Shown: piece after piece, positions 21,694 through 33,005 of the stretch
Layout of the letters: every line of letters starts with the position of its first letter
Position numbering within the stretch: the first letter of the stretch is position 1
Sequence record: NC_048203.1
Source: Escherichia phage vB_Eco_mar003J3
Direction: 5' to 3' (one strand)
Length of the DNA: 64,000 bases
Translations under genes and position numbers: made by a program
The notes under the pieces: generated by a model
What the model saw: only the letters and a program-made list of their open reading frames with translations
Databases searched by the model: none
Told to the model about the DNA's origin: nothing

Positions 21694-22326
21694 TTATTCT
21701 TTAACGTAGCCTAAAGCTATCGCAAGTTTTTCTAGTTCAGAAAGATTACGTTCTTGAGCTGGGACAGCCTTAGAACTTGTTGCAGTAAAAGATTTGCGCC
21801 ATTCAGTGTAATCGTGACCATTCATACTCTTAGCGAGGTTGAACGTTGAGTCCTGATTACAAGGTACAGAGACTACCGAAACTTCGTATAGTTCTAAATC
21901 TTTAATAATAAATATGTCAGTAGCTTCATCCCATTCTGCGTCTAGGCAGCGGAATCCGATACTGAATGTTTTCAGTACACCGTTTTTAATTAGTGAGAAG
22001 ATAGCTGGATCAGAACTTTCATAAATCTCGCATTCAATTTCGAGACCCATTTCAGTAGGGTTAAGATCAATACACTTGCCGATTGGACGACGATGGTCGT
22101 GGCCGAAAAGAATAATCGGGTTTTTCATGTAGTTAACAAGTGCATTAGACGTTTTCCATGCCGAAGCAGGAATTACGTCACCAGCGCGATCTTTACTAAT
22201 TGTATTAGCGAATCCACGGATTTTTATAACACCCTCTTTGGATTCGCTATCAATAGACTTAATGTAAGCGTCTAAATGAACCGGTGCTGATTTTAACTTG
22301 TTATAGTCAATAGCAGCATTTGTCAT
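21694..22326 (-). CDS. prohead protease (T5 pb11-like)
   Basis: 210 aa, between decoration and capsid genes. Confidence 0.7.
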   Translation of the reverse strand: MTNAAIDYNKLKSAPVHLDAYIKSIDSESKEGVIKIRGFANTISKDRAGDVIPASAWKTSNALVNYMKNPIILFGHDHRRPIGKCIDLNPTEMGLEIECEIYESSDPAIFSLIKNGVLKTFSIGFRCLDAEWDEATDIFIIKDLELYEVSVVSVPCNQDSTFNLAKSMNGHDYTEWRKSFTATSSKAVPAQERNLSELEKLAIALGYVKE

Positions 22327-22329
22327 TTA

Positions 22330-22812
22330 TTAAGCCTCCGGCGCAGGGTTGATAGTTGTTACACACTCATTAGAAGTAATGGAAGTAGATTTACTATCCG
22401 TTACAACAACTTTGTAAGTACCAGCATCTTCTGCAGCAGCTGTAGCTTTGTTGAAATTAGGGCCAGTAACACCACTTAGTGGAGAACCGTCTTTAGTCCA
22501 AGCATAAGTATATGGTGCAGTACCACCAGTAACTGTTACACCCAGATTAATTGCTGCACCAGTATCAACAGCTAGAGTTTTAGCCAGATTCTTTGTGAAA
22601 GCTAGTGCCGGAACAACCGGAGCAGTAATTTCGTATGCTTCTTTGAACTTGTTCCAAACCTTGCGGTTGGTATGTGCAGTGGTCATTCCAAACTCTTTAC
22701 GTAGAGTAGCGTAGTTTGGAACGAACTTGTGTGCTGCAACCGTAGCAAAGAAGATATGAGATTCTGGCAGCTTTTCACCAAAAATGGCCTTTAGACCAGC
22801 ATAATCAATCAT
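22330..22812 (-). CDS. capsid decoration protein with Ig-like domain (T5 pb10-like)
   Basis: 160 aa; C-terminal TVTGGTAPYTYAWTKDGSPL...GTYKVVVTD Ig-like signature. Confidence 0.65.
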   Translation of the reverse strand: MIDYAGLKAIFGEKLPESHIFFATVAAHKFVPNYATLRKEFGMTTAHTNRKVWNKFKEAYEITAPVVPALAFTKNLAKTLAVDTGAAINLGVTVTGGTAPYTYAWTKDGSPLSGVTGPNFNKATAAAEDAGTYKVVVTDSKSTSITSNECVTTINPAPEA

Positions 22813-24026
22813 TCTTTATCCCCATCGGCAGTGCCTTGCGGTCTACCACCTTCTTGACCAGATACACCTGTTGCAGAACCAGCAATGTTAGCAGGAATAC
22901 GAATCTTATTCATCTGCTCATCATCTAAAGGTTCAAGGTTAAGCTCTTCACGAGCTTCGTTACCAGTCATGATACCGTTATTAACCAAAGAGGTTAAATG
23001 TTTAGCCTCAGCTTCTTTATCTGGCGTCAGTGCAGCCACTTCCTTAGTATTAGGAGTAACCTTGTAGCCAAAGAAGAAAGTAAGAGAACTAGTCAGCTTG
23101 TTCAGCATGGGAATGATAGTCATGTAATAGAACAATTCGATGTTTGGTCGAATGTTAGCATTATTACCACCATCAAGTAACACTTGCGGAACACCAAAGG
23201 CAAGACAGATGGATTTATTAAATCCTTCGATATCTTCCTTGAAGTCTAGATCTTTAAAAGAGGATATTTGGGAGTACGGTTTTGCTTTCATACCACCATC
23301 TAGAATCAGGACAGTAGACTGACCCGTACTAGGATTATAATCGAGTTGTAATTCTTCTTGTTTACGCTCACGCAATTTCTTGTTCAGGATTTCATCCGTC
23401 TCAAGAATAAGACCAATCACAGTGCCGTTATCGAGGAACTTCTCTTTAAAGTTAAGCATTTTAGAACGCTTCTCAAGAGAGTCAATAACTGTAGCAACAC
23501 GAGATTGTCCAGAAATTTGGGAGTTTGTGCCACACACGTAACTGTTATCCTTTATAAAGATAATCTCATCTACGCGATAGTCTATCTGGTTATTAAATAT
23601 GAATTTTTTGATAAACTTATTGGCATCTGCCTCTACTTGCATTAGTGCAGCAGGGACATGGTAAAGTGCTGTGCCATCCCAATAGATGTATGCACAACCC
23701 TCAAAAAGTAGATCAGTGACTACAAGTCTACGGAATGTGCTTATATCCATGAATGGATTAGGTCGTACATTTAAGAGAGTGTCTAGAGTCTTTGCCTTGA
23801 CGCCGTTAGCGTACGTGACAATATTATATTTATCTCCGACAGTATAAGAACACTCCGCCGCACTATCGATAACCATGTTAGCAGTTCGGTTGAGAATCTC
23901 AATCTTACTGTAGGCTTGTCCAGTGGTAAATGGCTTACGGTTAGTGCGATGACTAACTGGTTCCATGTCTCTTATAATACGTTGACCCGGATTTAGCTTT
24001 TCAGTAATCCAGCTTTTTAAACCCAT
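22809..24026 (-). CDS. portal protein (T5 pb7-like)
   Basis: 405 aa, upstream of protease, downstream of terminase. Confidence 0.75.
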   Translation of the reverse strand: MGLKSWITEKLNPGQRIIRDMEPVSHRTNRKPFTTGQAYSKIEILNRTANMVIDSAAECSYTVGDKYNIVTYANGVKAKTLDTLLNVRPNPFMDISTFRRLVVTDLLFEGCAYIYWDGTALYHVPAALMQVEADANKFIKKFIFNNQIDYRVDEIIFIKDNSYVCGTNSQISGQSRVATVIDSLEKRSKMLNFKEKFLDNGTVIGLILETDEILNKKLRERKQEELQLDYNPSTGQSTVLILDGGMKAKPYSQISSFKDLDFKEDIEGFNKSICLAFGVPQVLLDGGNNANIRPNIELFYYMTIIPMLNKLTSSLTFFFGYKVTPNTKEVAALTPDKEAEAKHLTSLVNNGIMTGNEAREELNLEPLDDEQMNKIRIPANIAGSATGVSGQEGGRPQGTADGDKE

Positions 24027-24550
24027 TATAAGAACCTTGCGAATCCTGATTTAGTTTCAGTCTTGACTTGTGTCTTTTCTTGAGGATTCTGTAGCTTTTC
24101 CTTTTGTTTAAGAACCCATACCTTCTGCTTATTAGCAGAGAAAAGGGGTGGTTCTTTAGTGTACACCTTATGTAATAGTTGGTGATGGTGGACACAAAGG
24201 GTAACAGTGTCATCTACTAGCTCATGCCTATATCTTTCATAGAATGCCGTCCTATTTGAGAGGACTATTTCTTCGTCAGTGAAATCCAATTGGAGTTCTT
24301 TAGCAAATTTTTTAACTAGTAGAGACACTGTATGGTAATGATGAAGTTCTAATTCTTCACCACAACCACAGATTTCGCAGCGATCGGCTTTTTTATATTG
24401 ACTTTTTATACCGTCTCGCATGAGTGATATAGCATCACGTTTATATTTTACATTTCCTGCCACAGTATTCTCCTCAACTGTATGAATATAGTATACATAA
24501 TCATGTCGAATTTGTAAAGGGGATTTTAAAATGCAGGAATGGGATACCAA
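24026..24550 (-). CDS. HNH endonuclease
   Basis: CEICGCGEELELHHYH ... CVHHHQLLH zinc-binding HNH motifs; between large terminase and portal. Confidence 0.7.
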   Translation of the reverse strand: MVSHSCILKSPLQIRHDYVYYIHTVEENTVAGNVKYKRDAISLMRDGIKSQYKKADRCEICGCGEELELHHYHTVSLLVKKFAKELQLDFTDEEIVLSNRTAFYERYRHELVDDTVTLCVHHHQLLHKVYTKEPPLFSANKQKVWVLKQKEKLQNPQEKTQVKTETKSGFARFL

Positions 24551-24577
24551 CTGAGTAGTATCCTATCCTATACTTAT

Positions 24578-25894
24578 TTATTTCCCACGGGAAATTGAGT
24601 AAATTCCATAACGCAGTGCGTCACAAAGGTGAGAGTTCGCATCATGACGTGGTTTTTCACGTGATAATTTCTCTTCACCTTCCTGGAAGTCCCACTTGTA
24701 GTTCGCTAAGGCGTGGATCAATGAGGTACATGAAGCATCTACGATGATCTTACCTTGCTGGAACAGTGCTTGCAGGCATGCCAAACCATCTAGGACGGAT
24801 TTCTTAGCAGGAGCAGAAGCGATTTCATGTTCATAAGCTAAGTCCTGACGGAACTGAGCAGCGGCGGAGTCTACAAATATACGATCAACATTATAACGAT
24901 CTATGCAGTGCTGGATATAAGCAGCGTGTTGGGCTGTAGTCTTTTCAGCCTGCTGATACTCTTCTAGTATGTAATAAACATCAGTATCATAGTGATACTT
25001 GATAGTAAGAACTGCTGTAGGGTCACGATAACCAACGTCGATACCAAGTAATGTTTCGAAAGCCTCATCATCTTTAAAGAAGTGACGCATACCTTTGAGG
25101 TCTTTAACGTGCTCGATAGCATTGAAGGTATCAAAGATCTGACCTTCGAATACGGAGAAGTCAGCCTCATATTCTTGACGGAAATAGTTTTTACTAACAG
25201 TACGACGCGCTTCTTCGATATCGTTCAGGTCAGCACGTGGGTTATCACGATATGTACCATGAATAGATACCCAATTAGGTAGCGTTTCGTTAAATCCTTT
25301 CTCATAGAACTCTTTGAACCAGTTACCCCCACGAGGAGTAGAGATAAATAGAGCTTTAGAGTTTGGCTTATCTAGGGTAGGACGTAACTGAATATCGAAA
25401 GCTGCACCACCAACGTCGGAAATCGCTGCTTCGTCAAAAATGATGAAGTCATATGAACGACCAACCGCGGAGTCAGCCTGCGCCGCGGAAGCCAGTTTAA
25501 AGAGTGAACCATTCGCTAATTCAATCTCTTTATCTTTGGCGTTCTCACGTTCAGTCTGTAATCCATACTTTTTAATAAGACCACGAATCTGTGACCAACC
25601 AATGTTAGCCAGTGAGTAGTTAGGTGCAACTACTAGCACCTTCACATTGGGTTCCAGAAGTTTTAAGAACCCAAGTGTATATGCGATGAACGACTTACCT
25701 ACACGACGTGATACACATGCAGTTACGAAACGGTGTCTAGGATCTTCCAGCGCGTTAATAATTGCAACCTGAGGGGCGTTAGGCGTAATCCCCTCTTGAG
25801 CTAGAATGCTAGAGACTGGCAGACGGAAAAATCGTTTGTCAATACCAAAGTCAATAACATCTGTGGTGTTAATATAATCTCTAGAGACCTTCAT
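24578..25894 (-). CDS. terminase large subunit
   Basis: 438 aa (T5 large terminase 438 aa); Walker A-like VSRRVGKS; C-terminal acidic nuclease-like segment. Confidence 0.8.
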   Translation of the reverse strand: MKVSRDYINTTDVIDFGIDKRFFRLPVSSILAQEGITPNAPQVAIINALEDPRHRFVTACVSRRVGKSFIAYTLGFLKLLEPNVKVLVVAPNYSLANIGWSQIRGLIKKYGLQTERENAKDKEIELANGSLFKLASAAQADSAVGRSYDFIIFDEAAISDVGGAAFDIQLRPTLDKPNSKALFISTPRGGNWFKEFYEKGFNETLPNWVSIHGTYRDNPRADLNDIEEARRTVSKNYFRQEYEADFSVFEGQIFDTFNAIEHVKDLKGMRHFFKDDEAFETLLGIDVGYRDPTAVLTIKYHYDTDVYYILEEYQQAEKTTAQHAAYIQHCIDRYNVDRIFVDSAAAQFRQDLAYEHEIASAPAKKSVLDGLACLQALFQQGKIIVDASCTSLIHALANYKWDFQEGEEKLSREKPRHDANSHLCDALRYGIYSISRGK

Positions 25895-26376
25895 TATCTC
25901 TTACCTCCTCCTGCTAGAGCGGTAATAAGATTCATATAGTTTTCGTCACCACTTCCAGCAATAATATTATTCTGAATGTTAGTCTGGTTAGCCGGAGTAC
26001 GGGCTGCTGCCTTCACTTTCTCCAGTTCTACCATCATTTTCATTTCTTCCATCTTCATCTTATGCGCCTTCCAGAGAATATCCATGATATCCTGGTCAGA
26101 ACCCATGCCAGTTTCTTCGAGTTCTTCCAACTTGCGCTTGATAACTTCATCAAGAACTCCGAATAAGCGGTCACGATTACGGAAGCCACTTTCCATAAAG
26201 ATATCGTTGAGATAGTTTTTAACTTCCCCACGATTCATTATATCACGGAATACAATCTCGGACATTCCAAGACTACGAGCGGCGGCAGGAACATCACTAC
26301 CGCACTGTAAATAGGCTTCAATAACATCCATGCCCTCAGGAGACATGAGATCGGGAACTAATACATCATTTGCCAT
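25894..26376 (-). CDS. putative terminase small subunit / DNA-binding protein
   Basis: 160 aa immediately upstream of large terminase, start overlapping. Confidence 0.4.
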   Translation of the reverse strand: MANDVLVPDLMSPEGMDVIEAYLQCGSDVPAAARSLGMSEIVFRDIMNRGEVKNYLNDIFMESGFRNRDRLFGVLDEVIKRKLEELEETGMGSDQDIMDILWKAHKMKMEEMKMMVELEKVKAAARTPANQTNIQNNIIAGSGDENYMNLITALAGGGKR

Positions 26377-26386
26377 ATATCCTCCT

Positions 26387-28168
26387 TTAGGTTAGGCGTT
26401 GAACTGTTACACGTAGTCTTGGCAAGAAAACAGCCGCCGCTTCCGCAGCGTGAATGATAACACCCAATTCAACGTTGCCATTACCAAGGTTTTTAATAGT
26501 ATAAATATATCCGTTCCTACGGAAAGCAAACTCATCAGGCCTACTAGCCCAAGTTTGTGTATAACTATAGGAAGTTGTACTGTGATAAGGTACTAGATAT
26601 CCAGGTGGCAGAGTAAGAATCTGGTGGAATACACCATCACCAGCAGTATAACTTTGTTGCCGTCTACCTTGTACCTGCCAAGCACTACCTCCGTAAGTAC
26701 GCACAGGCATTCCAGCAGTATTAAGATTACCCATAATAACTTCGGTAGTTAATATAACAGTAGAGTGAGCATTCGGTAATCCCAACCAAACTGTGGCCAA
26801 AGGTGTGTAGAAGTCACCAGCACCAGGGTAGGATGGAGTTATATCGTCCCCTACATAAGTACTTGCAACGTTGCCTGGGAATAACCTGAGTGGTACAGTA
26901 CTAGGACTCCACACAGGTCCATGTTCATTACCAATGGAGTTGGTATTAGTATCTACATACCATTGTTTACCTACACCAAATTTATATAAGCTAATTTGAG
27001 AAGCTGCACCCCCATAGTTAACTGGTGACCACAACCCACCATTACTAGAGCCGATAAATTCACATCGTGCAGTATTATCACCAAAAACTCCGGTATACGC
27101 AGCGTTATTACCAACATACTCCATATCAGGGCGATAGCCTAAGTTTCCGAAAGCATTCTGGTTAATAAATTTATAGCCTGTATTTGGTAGGCTAACACCT
27201 TTAATAGTAAAGTTAGATGGAGATATTAAGATATCTGAACTGGTAAATGGATTACCAGAAACTCCCATACTACCATTAGAATAGCGCAGATTTAGTACAT
27301 ACCAAATAACCTTAGTTGGCGTAACGTTGTACCAGTCCTGTACATATACCTTTCTAGTGGCTTGTGCAGCCATATTAGTTGTAGAACCCCTACAAACGTA
27401 TACTTTAGTAGGAAAGGAGGGGGATTGGTAGTTAATGTTTACGTTATCTGGTAGTACGCCTTTTTTACCTGCGAAGCCACGAATATTAGAACTACAAACA
27501 TAAAACCAATCATGGCCTCTACCAGCAGAACCAATAGGCGCCTGCCAGTTAGGATCCCAATAATCTGCGTTACCACCATCTAAAGGAACAGTAGAGACAC
27601 CAGTTGGAAAACCCATAAGACTCCAGGCTCTGGCAATGGCTTCACCAGCAGAAACACCACCAGGTCTAAAGATCTGGAAACCAGAGGACTGTAGTAAACT
27701 GCCTCCAGAACCTTGCCTAGCAATAGATTCCTCATGACCAAGACCACCATTATAGATATAAGTACCATGAGCTAAACTATCACCGATCGCAAAAGCAGAT
27801 GTTACAGATAATTCAGCACCAGCACGTGGTGGGTCTTCAAAGAATGATAAGAACTGGCCAACCTGAGATTGAGTACCATTCAGAAATCCACGATGAGTAC
27901 CGTTTATCTCAATAGCAGTTAATATAACTCTACCCGGATCATTGGATTTAATATTTATAATATCCCAAGGCATCTGAGTAACAAAGTATCCATTACCTGC
28001 ATTACCTAGGGCTGCTTCATAAGTCCCATCAACCAGGACGAAAGGCATATCTGAGTGGAAGATACTATTAGTATTTGGAGAATAGTGCTCACCAGTATCA
28101 CCACCATTAGCAGCGTTTAGAGATAATACAGTTTTACCATCACTAAATTTTCCTGCGAAAAAACTCAT
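26387..28168 (-). CDS. receptor-binding tail protein (T5 pb5-like)
   Basis: 593 aa starting MSFFAGK; adjacent divergent lipoprotein gene as in T5 oad/llp. Confidence 0.55.
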   Translation of the reverse strand: MSFFAGKFSDGKTVLSLNAANGGDTGEHYSPNTNSIFHSDMPFVLVDGTYEAALGNAGNGYFVTQMPWDIINIKSNDPGRVILTAIEINGTHRGFLNGTQSQVGQFLSFFEDPPRAGAELSVTSAFAIGDSLAHGTYIYNGGLGHEESIARQGSGGSLLQSSGFQIFRPGGVSAGEAIARAWSLMGFPTGVSTVPLDGGNADYWDPNWQAPIGSAGRGHDWFYVCSSNIRGFAGKKGVLPDNVNINYQSPSFPTKVYVCRGSTTNMAAQATRKVYVQDWYNVTPTKVIWYVLNLRYSNGSMGVSGNPFTSSDILISPSNFTIKGVSLPNTGYKFINQNAFGNLGYRPDMEYVGNNAAYTGVFGDNTARCEFIGSSNGGLWSPVNYGGAASQISLYKFGVGKQWYVDTNTNSIGNEHGPVWSPSTVPLRLFPGNVASTYVGDDITPSYPGAGDFYTPLATVWLGLPNAHSTVILTTEVIMGNLNTAGMPVRTYGGSAWQVQGRRQQSYTAGDGVFHQILTLPPGYLVPYHSTTSYSYTQTWASRPDEFAFRRNGYIYTIKNLGNGNVELGVIIHAAEAAAVFLPRLRVTVQRLT

Positions 28169-28251
28169 ACAATCTCCTTCTTTAAAAATGTATTTGCTTA
28201 GGTCCCTCTATTTTGCTATAATATATTTATAAATTAAACAGAGGAACGATT

Positions 28252-28518
28252 ATGAAAAAGTTACTAGCTATCGTAGTTGCAGCAGTAGTGTTGACTGGTT
28301 GTGTACCAGCTCCCGAGCCGTTCTGTAAGGCATACGTGAAGTCTTATGGTCATGTTGGTGAAGAACACTATGCTTTAGATATTCGAGAAGCACGTACTGT
28401 GGGCTACCGATTCCCTAAAACTCAGTTACGCACTAAGTTTGGGTGGTGGGATCTGTCACAGTTTGATCTCAAATATGGCGATTGCAAATTTAAACTAGAA
28501 CAATCTGGTCACTTGTAA
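28252..28518 (+). CDS. llp: lipoprotein, superinfection-exclusion Llp-like
   Basis: 88 aa with signal peptide and lipobox LTGC; divergent from receptor-binding protein gene. Confidence 0.55.
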   Translation: MKKLLAIVVAAVVLTGCVPAPEPFCKAYVKSYGHVGEEHYALDIREARTVGYRFPKTQLRTKFGWWDLSQFDLKYGDCKFKLEQSGHL

Positions 28519-29288
28519 TTAGTATAAAGTAAAAAGATCTCGAAGTAAACAAAAATTTTTATTTCTGGGATGAGGTACAGGTAGCAAACACAATGCAAGA
28601 TGAAGAAAAGCCCTTTCAGGAACCTGTTAACTTTGAAATAGATCCCAGGACTAAAGCAATACATGATGCGATTAACGAAATCATTCAAGACGTCATAGAA
28701 GATACAATATAAGACGTGATGGGAACATCCTTCTTACTAGAAGAATCCGGCTTCGACGAAGTAATGGATCTAATCGGGACAGTCGTAATGGTTCGTGCAA
28801 TTGCTAGGGTATTCCAAATACCAAGACTATAGGAGAAGCAAAGAGATGTCAGACGACAACAGAAGAAAGAACAGACGCGGGGAAGTGTACGAAAGTTGGA
28901 TAAATAGTTTCGGATTCGGAACTGTATTATTCTTTATCTTTGTACTCTTTTGGTTAGCGGCTATGGCGGGGTGGTTATAATGGAAGTAATAATTATTGCT
29001 TTACTAGTTGTGGTAATTATCGGGCAGTGCATTTTAGATAACCACTTAACTCGTATCGAACGTAAGCTGCGGGGAGACAAGTAATGTTTAGTTTTGTAGC
29101 TATCTTCATTATTGGGGTACTTGCGGGAATCTTCGGAACACTCGGGGCGATTAATAAGCATCGTGAATATATTGTGGGAGTATCGCGGGAGCTTTCGGAA
29201 AGGGAGCGGAGGTTTGCAGAAAAACGGGAGGAGTTCGAGCGAGAGTGGAGTGCTGGCTCAAGAAGCTCTCGTAGGAGATTTAAGATAG

Positions 29289-29786
29289 ATGACAAATCAT
29301 AAGCCCTTACTTCCCTTAGAGGAATACCAGAGTAAGTTCGATTATGATCCAGAAACAGGTATATTTACTTGGAACTCGGGGAGTCGTAGAGGTAAACCAG
29401 CTGGCGGCCGTAATGACTCGGGCATTTCCCTTTCTATGGGCAGCAAAGGCAAGTATAAGGCCCACCGAGTGGCGTGGTTATACATGACAGGGGAAGATCC
29501 AGGAGATCTTCTAATAGATCATAAAGATCAAGACCCCTGGAACAATAAATGGAACAACTTACGAAAAGCTACGAATAAAGAAAATAGTAATAACTCTTCC
29601 GGATGGGAAAATAAATCCACAGGTGTAAAAGGGATATATAAGAGGACAGAAGGGAAGTTCGAGGCGAGAATACGTGCTAACGGGGAAAGAATCAACGTAG
29701 GTACATTTGGTAGCCTCGAGGAAGCTGAAAGTGCGATAAGGGAAGCACGTGAGAAAGTATGTGGTGAGTTCACAAACCACGGTTAA
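29289..29786 (+). CDS. HNH homing endonuclease with AP2-like DNA-binding domain
   Basis: IDHKDQDPWNNKWNNLRKATNKEN HNH motif; GVKGIYKR...FEARIRANGERINVGTFGSLEEAE AP2-like; opposite strand to neighbours. Confidence 0.7.
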   Translation: MTNHKPLLPLEEYQSKFDYDPETGIFTWNSGSRRGKPAGGRNDSGISLSMGSKGKYKAHRVAWLYMTGEDPGDLLIDHKDQDPWNNKWNNLRKATNKENSNNSSGWENKSTGVKGIYKRTEGKFEARIRANGERINVGTFGSLEEAESAIREAREKVCGEFTNHG

Positions 29787-29959
29787 TAGCGCTAATTTGA
29801 AAATCTTGAAATTTCATAAGATTACACATGCGGATGTGCTCAGTGGGACTGGAGATAGTTAGTAGTCTAATAATCCCCCTGTGTTACTATTACCATGCTA
29901 ACTGTTTCATCCTGTAACCATTTTTTAATTACAGGATGAAACTATTTTATTTTTAATTG

Positions 29960-30694
29960 TTAGGCAACTTTTAATTTATCAATGAATTGTTGCGGAGCGG
30001 TACTATAGTCTCCCCTTTCTTCCTCAGTCATACCCTGCCAGCACATTTCTAAGCGCTGGCAAAGATATTGATAATCATTATCATCATCTAACGATTCATC
30101 AATAAAGGTTTCACCGATCAATGCTACGCCGATTGATAGGATATCGTTAACGGCTTGGGCGTCCAGTGTTTTGAATCCAGCACTTGCCGCCACCGATAAT
30201 ACGCCTTTATGATCATCAATCATCGTAAAATCAGCGTTTGGATATAGCTGTTTAAATAGTTCAAAGTAATAGCTTTTGTATACAGCGTCTTTGCTGTGGT
30301 ATATTTCGCTAACCTTATCCGCTTCAAAGTATTTGTGTAATGTATCGCGGGAGAATACGCGGATATTGCTATTTCCGCGCCCTCGCAAGCCTTGTTTACG
30401 CAAATAAAAGTAATCGCTTTTAGACATAAGGCGCGCGGTACAAATAACATTTAAAGTATTTGCATCATTCATACATTGGCGCATATATTCAACCAACGGC
30501 AATAAAGAATCCTGCATAATTAAATCATGTTTACAGGCTTCGCGGGAATACTTATTTAAATTTAAATTCCCGTTATCATCAAAGCAAGGCGCTACACGAT
30601 GGAAAGAATTAATGATTGTGCCGTCCAGATCCCAAATCATGACGCGGGAAATATGCGGGAAATTATGGGTAATATTCGTTTTAACTTGATTCAT
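29960..30694 (-). CDS. dmp: HAD-family 5'-deoxynucleotidase (T5 Dmp-like)
   Basis: 244 aa; HAD motif I WDLDGT near N-terminus. Confidence 0.55.
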   Translation of the reverse strand: MNQVKTNITHNFPHISRVMIWDLDGTIINSFHRVAPCFDDNGNLNLNKYSREACKHDLIMQDSLLPLVEYMRQCMNDANTLNVICTARLMSKSDYFYLRKQGLRGRGNSNIRVFSRDTLHKYFEADKVSEIYHSKDAVYKSYYFELFKQLYPNADFTMIDDHKGVLSVAASAGFKTLDAQAVNDILSIGVALIGETFIDESLDDDNDYQYLCQRLEMCWQGMTEEERGDYSTAPQQFIDKLKVA

Positions 30695-30774
30695 TTGTTA
30701 CATTCTCCATTTAAGGGATCTAGGTTAATTCAGCATTACCCGCTATTTATAAGCGGGTAATAATAAATTAACTA

Positions 30775-31167
30775 TTAAAGACCATACGCCAACGCATCAG
30801 CGATAAAACTAATATCCTCACCTGATACACTGGAACGAATCCCCGCGCAAGTGTAGACCTTTGCAGACATAAGAGCATTATCAAGGCAAGCGGGGCATGG
30901 CGCGACAACTGCAAACGCTAGACCTGATTTTACAGCGTCAATAATAACAGTTTGCTCTTTTACGGTATCAATATAAACGCCTTTTGCTTTTGTATGGCTT
31001 GACGCTTTACCGGTAATGTATGCAAATGTTGTTACCTGTAGCGCCTCGTTAAAGTCTAGCAGTTCATCAATAATATGACCCGATTCAACGTGATAACGCT
31101 CGCCATTAGAATAAACTAGAACGATGGAAGAAGTAGCGTGATCAAAAGGAATGTTTTGGTTTTTCAT
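30775..31167 (-). CDS. A2: pre-early protein (T5 A2-like)
   Basis: 130 aa, immediately downstream of A1-like gene. Confidence 0.4.
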   Translation of the reverse strand: MKNQNIPFDHATSSIVLVYSNGERYHVESGHIIDELLDFNEALQVTTFAYITGKASSHTKAKGVYIDTVKEQTVIIDAVKSGLAFAVVAPCPACLDNALMSAKVYTCAGIRSSVSGEDISFIADALAYGL

Positions 31168-31242
31168 GTTTAAAACTCCAGATTATTTAATTAACTTTTT
31201 CGGGAATATAAGCGGGGAATATTCCCCGCTGATTAAATTTAA

Positions 31243-32907
31243 TTAGGCAAAGAATTTGCCATTTTTGAAATCAATCAAGGTACGTTGACCGTTTGCATAT
31301 GTAATTAAATGCGTTTGCGTCCAGCTTGACGCGCCAACGTTGTAACCCATATCGAGACTACCAGCAACGCCAGCGGTATAAACGCCGCCGTATATACTAG
31401 CCGTGTGAGTGTGGCCCGTGTTGAGGCGTCCTAACTTTTTAAACTGTTTAGGATTGCCCCGACTGCCGTTAATGCCGTTGTGACCATGTACACCGCATTC
31501 AATTCCTGCAATCTTGAAAGATTGGTCAGTAGTCAGGAAAATAGCGTTAAATTCGCAACCTGCAACGTTTCTAAGCGCATAATCCAATACGTTAAAGGTA
31601 TCATCTTGTTTTGCAATAGCCGCATAAATCGCAGCGTTTAGGCTGTGATACAGTTCGGCGTTTGCGGGGTCGTCTTTAATGTTAGCGTTACGATCATCAA
31701 GCCAACGGGATAACGCCAAATCATGATTGGATTCCACGATGATTGTTTGAGAAAAATCGCGCTCCATTGACTCCAACACGCGACCGGTATCAATGAGATC
31801 GTCAATAACTTTATCACGTCCGGCGGCGTATTGTTTCGCAAGGAATACACCACTTGCGCGGTTGTGATGGTTACGCGATGTAAAATCATGCACATCATGA
31901 ATAAACTGATATTTCGGTTTAAGAATATCAAGCAAGCTATTTTCGCCCACCCATGATGCAACGGCGCATTCATCATCTAATTTTTCGGCGTGAATATCGC
32001 CATATTGCAAGCCTAGAACATGATCGGACGTTTCAAAACATCCGGTAGGCATAGCGCAAATATTCAAATCATAAAACATTCCGCTTTCATCCATTGTTTC
32101 AAGCTGGCGAACAAAAAATTCGCCGTCGTCGTCAAATTCTACCAACAAAGCGCCGTAATTATGCAGCGCCTCAGCTTTTTGACCTGCTTTCTGCTGAATA
32201 TAGTTTTTAAGTGTAGCCGTTCCGGTGGAGTACATACGGCGCACTACTTCACCTTTTAACGCTGGCACACTTTCAGCGGTAATTTTAGCGTGACCAATTG
32301 CCAGACCTTCAATATTTAAAGCCGTGGCGGTTTCTGCGAATCCTGAAAGCGGATAGTCTGCCGTTGGTAACACGTTAATTTCAGCCATGAAAGCAAAACG
32401 GCGATTATTTAAAAATACGTTTTTCTCGCAAATATATTTATTAAATGCGGGATCGTATTTAATGCCTTCGTTACCTTCTCCATTCTGGAAGCCGTTTTTA
32501 TTGTAAATGAATTTACTAACCAGCAATTCACCGCCGATATATTCAGCGAATTGCTCAAGCACTTTCAAAAAGTTTTTATGTGGGAAAGTATTATTTTGAA
32601 TCGACGTTAGAATAAAACGGCGACCGGATTTAACTTCCCACTGTTCCACGGTACTAGAAACAATCCCCGCCGCTTCTGGGCGATCATCATTTTTAATCGC
32701 CTTTTCAGCTTTTGCCGCTTTCGGTTTCGCTGGCTTATTTGCTTCCAGCCAGTCACAAATTGCGGTCGAATGTTTCGGCGTGTCATAAACAGCTTTTGAA
32801 ATATCGTCACAAACTTCCAATTTAGTAGCGCGTAAACGCTTGCCATAGAAATTAAAATCAGCGGCAAGTTTAGTGATCTGGGACTGTTTTTCTGCGGAAA
32901 TATTCAT
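31243..32907 (-). CDS. A1: pre-early metallophosphatase-fold protein (T5 A1-like)
   Basis: 554 aa (T5 A1 about 556 aa); calcineurin-like motifs GDIHAE, GHNG, GHTHTAS. Confidence 0.6.
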   Translation of the reverse strand: MNISAEKQSQITKLAADFNFYGKRLRATKLEVCDDISKAVYDTPKHSTAICDWLEANKPAKPKAAKAEKAIKNDDRPEAAGIVSSTVEQWEVKSGRRFILTSIQNNTFPHKNFLKVLEQFAEYIGGELLVSKFIYNKNGFQNGEGNEGIKYDPAFNKYICEKNVFLNNRRFAFMAEINVLPTADYPLSGFAETATALNIEGLAIGHAKITAESVPALKGEVVRRMYSTGTATLKNYIQQKAGQKAEALHNYGALLVEFDDDGEFFVRQLETMDESGMFYDLNICAMPTGCFETSDHVLGLQYGDIHAEKLDDECAVASWVGENSLLDILKPKYQFIHDVHDFTSRNHHNRASGVFLAKQYAAGRDKVIDDLIDTGRVLESMERDFSQTIIVESNHDLALSRWLDDRNANIKDDPANAELYHSLNAAIYAAIAKQDDTFNVLDYALRNVAGCEFNAIFLTTDQSFKIAGIECGVHGHNGINGSRGNPKQFKKLGRLNTGHTHTASIYGGVYTAGVAGSLDMGYNVGASSWTQTHLITYANGQRTLIDFKNGKFFA

Positions 32908-33005
32908 ATATTAATTAACTCCATTAAAGGGATTTAAAACATTTTAAAGCTGGCAATATTGCCAAATATAACGCCGTTTATTTACAGCGTTATAATTTGC
33001 AACAT

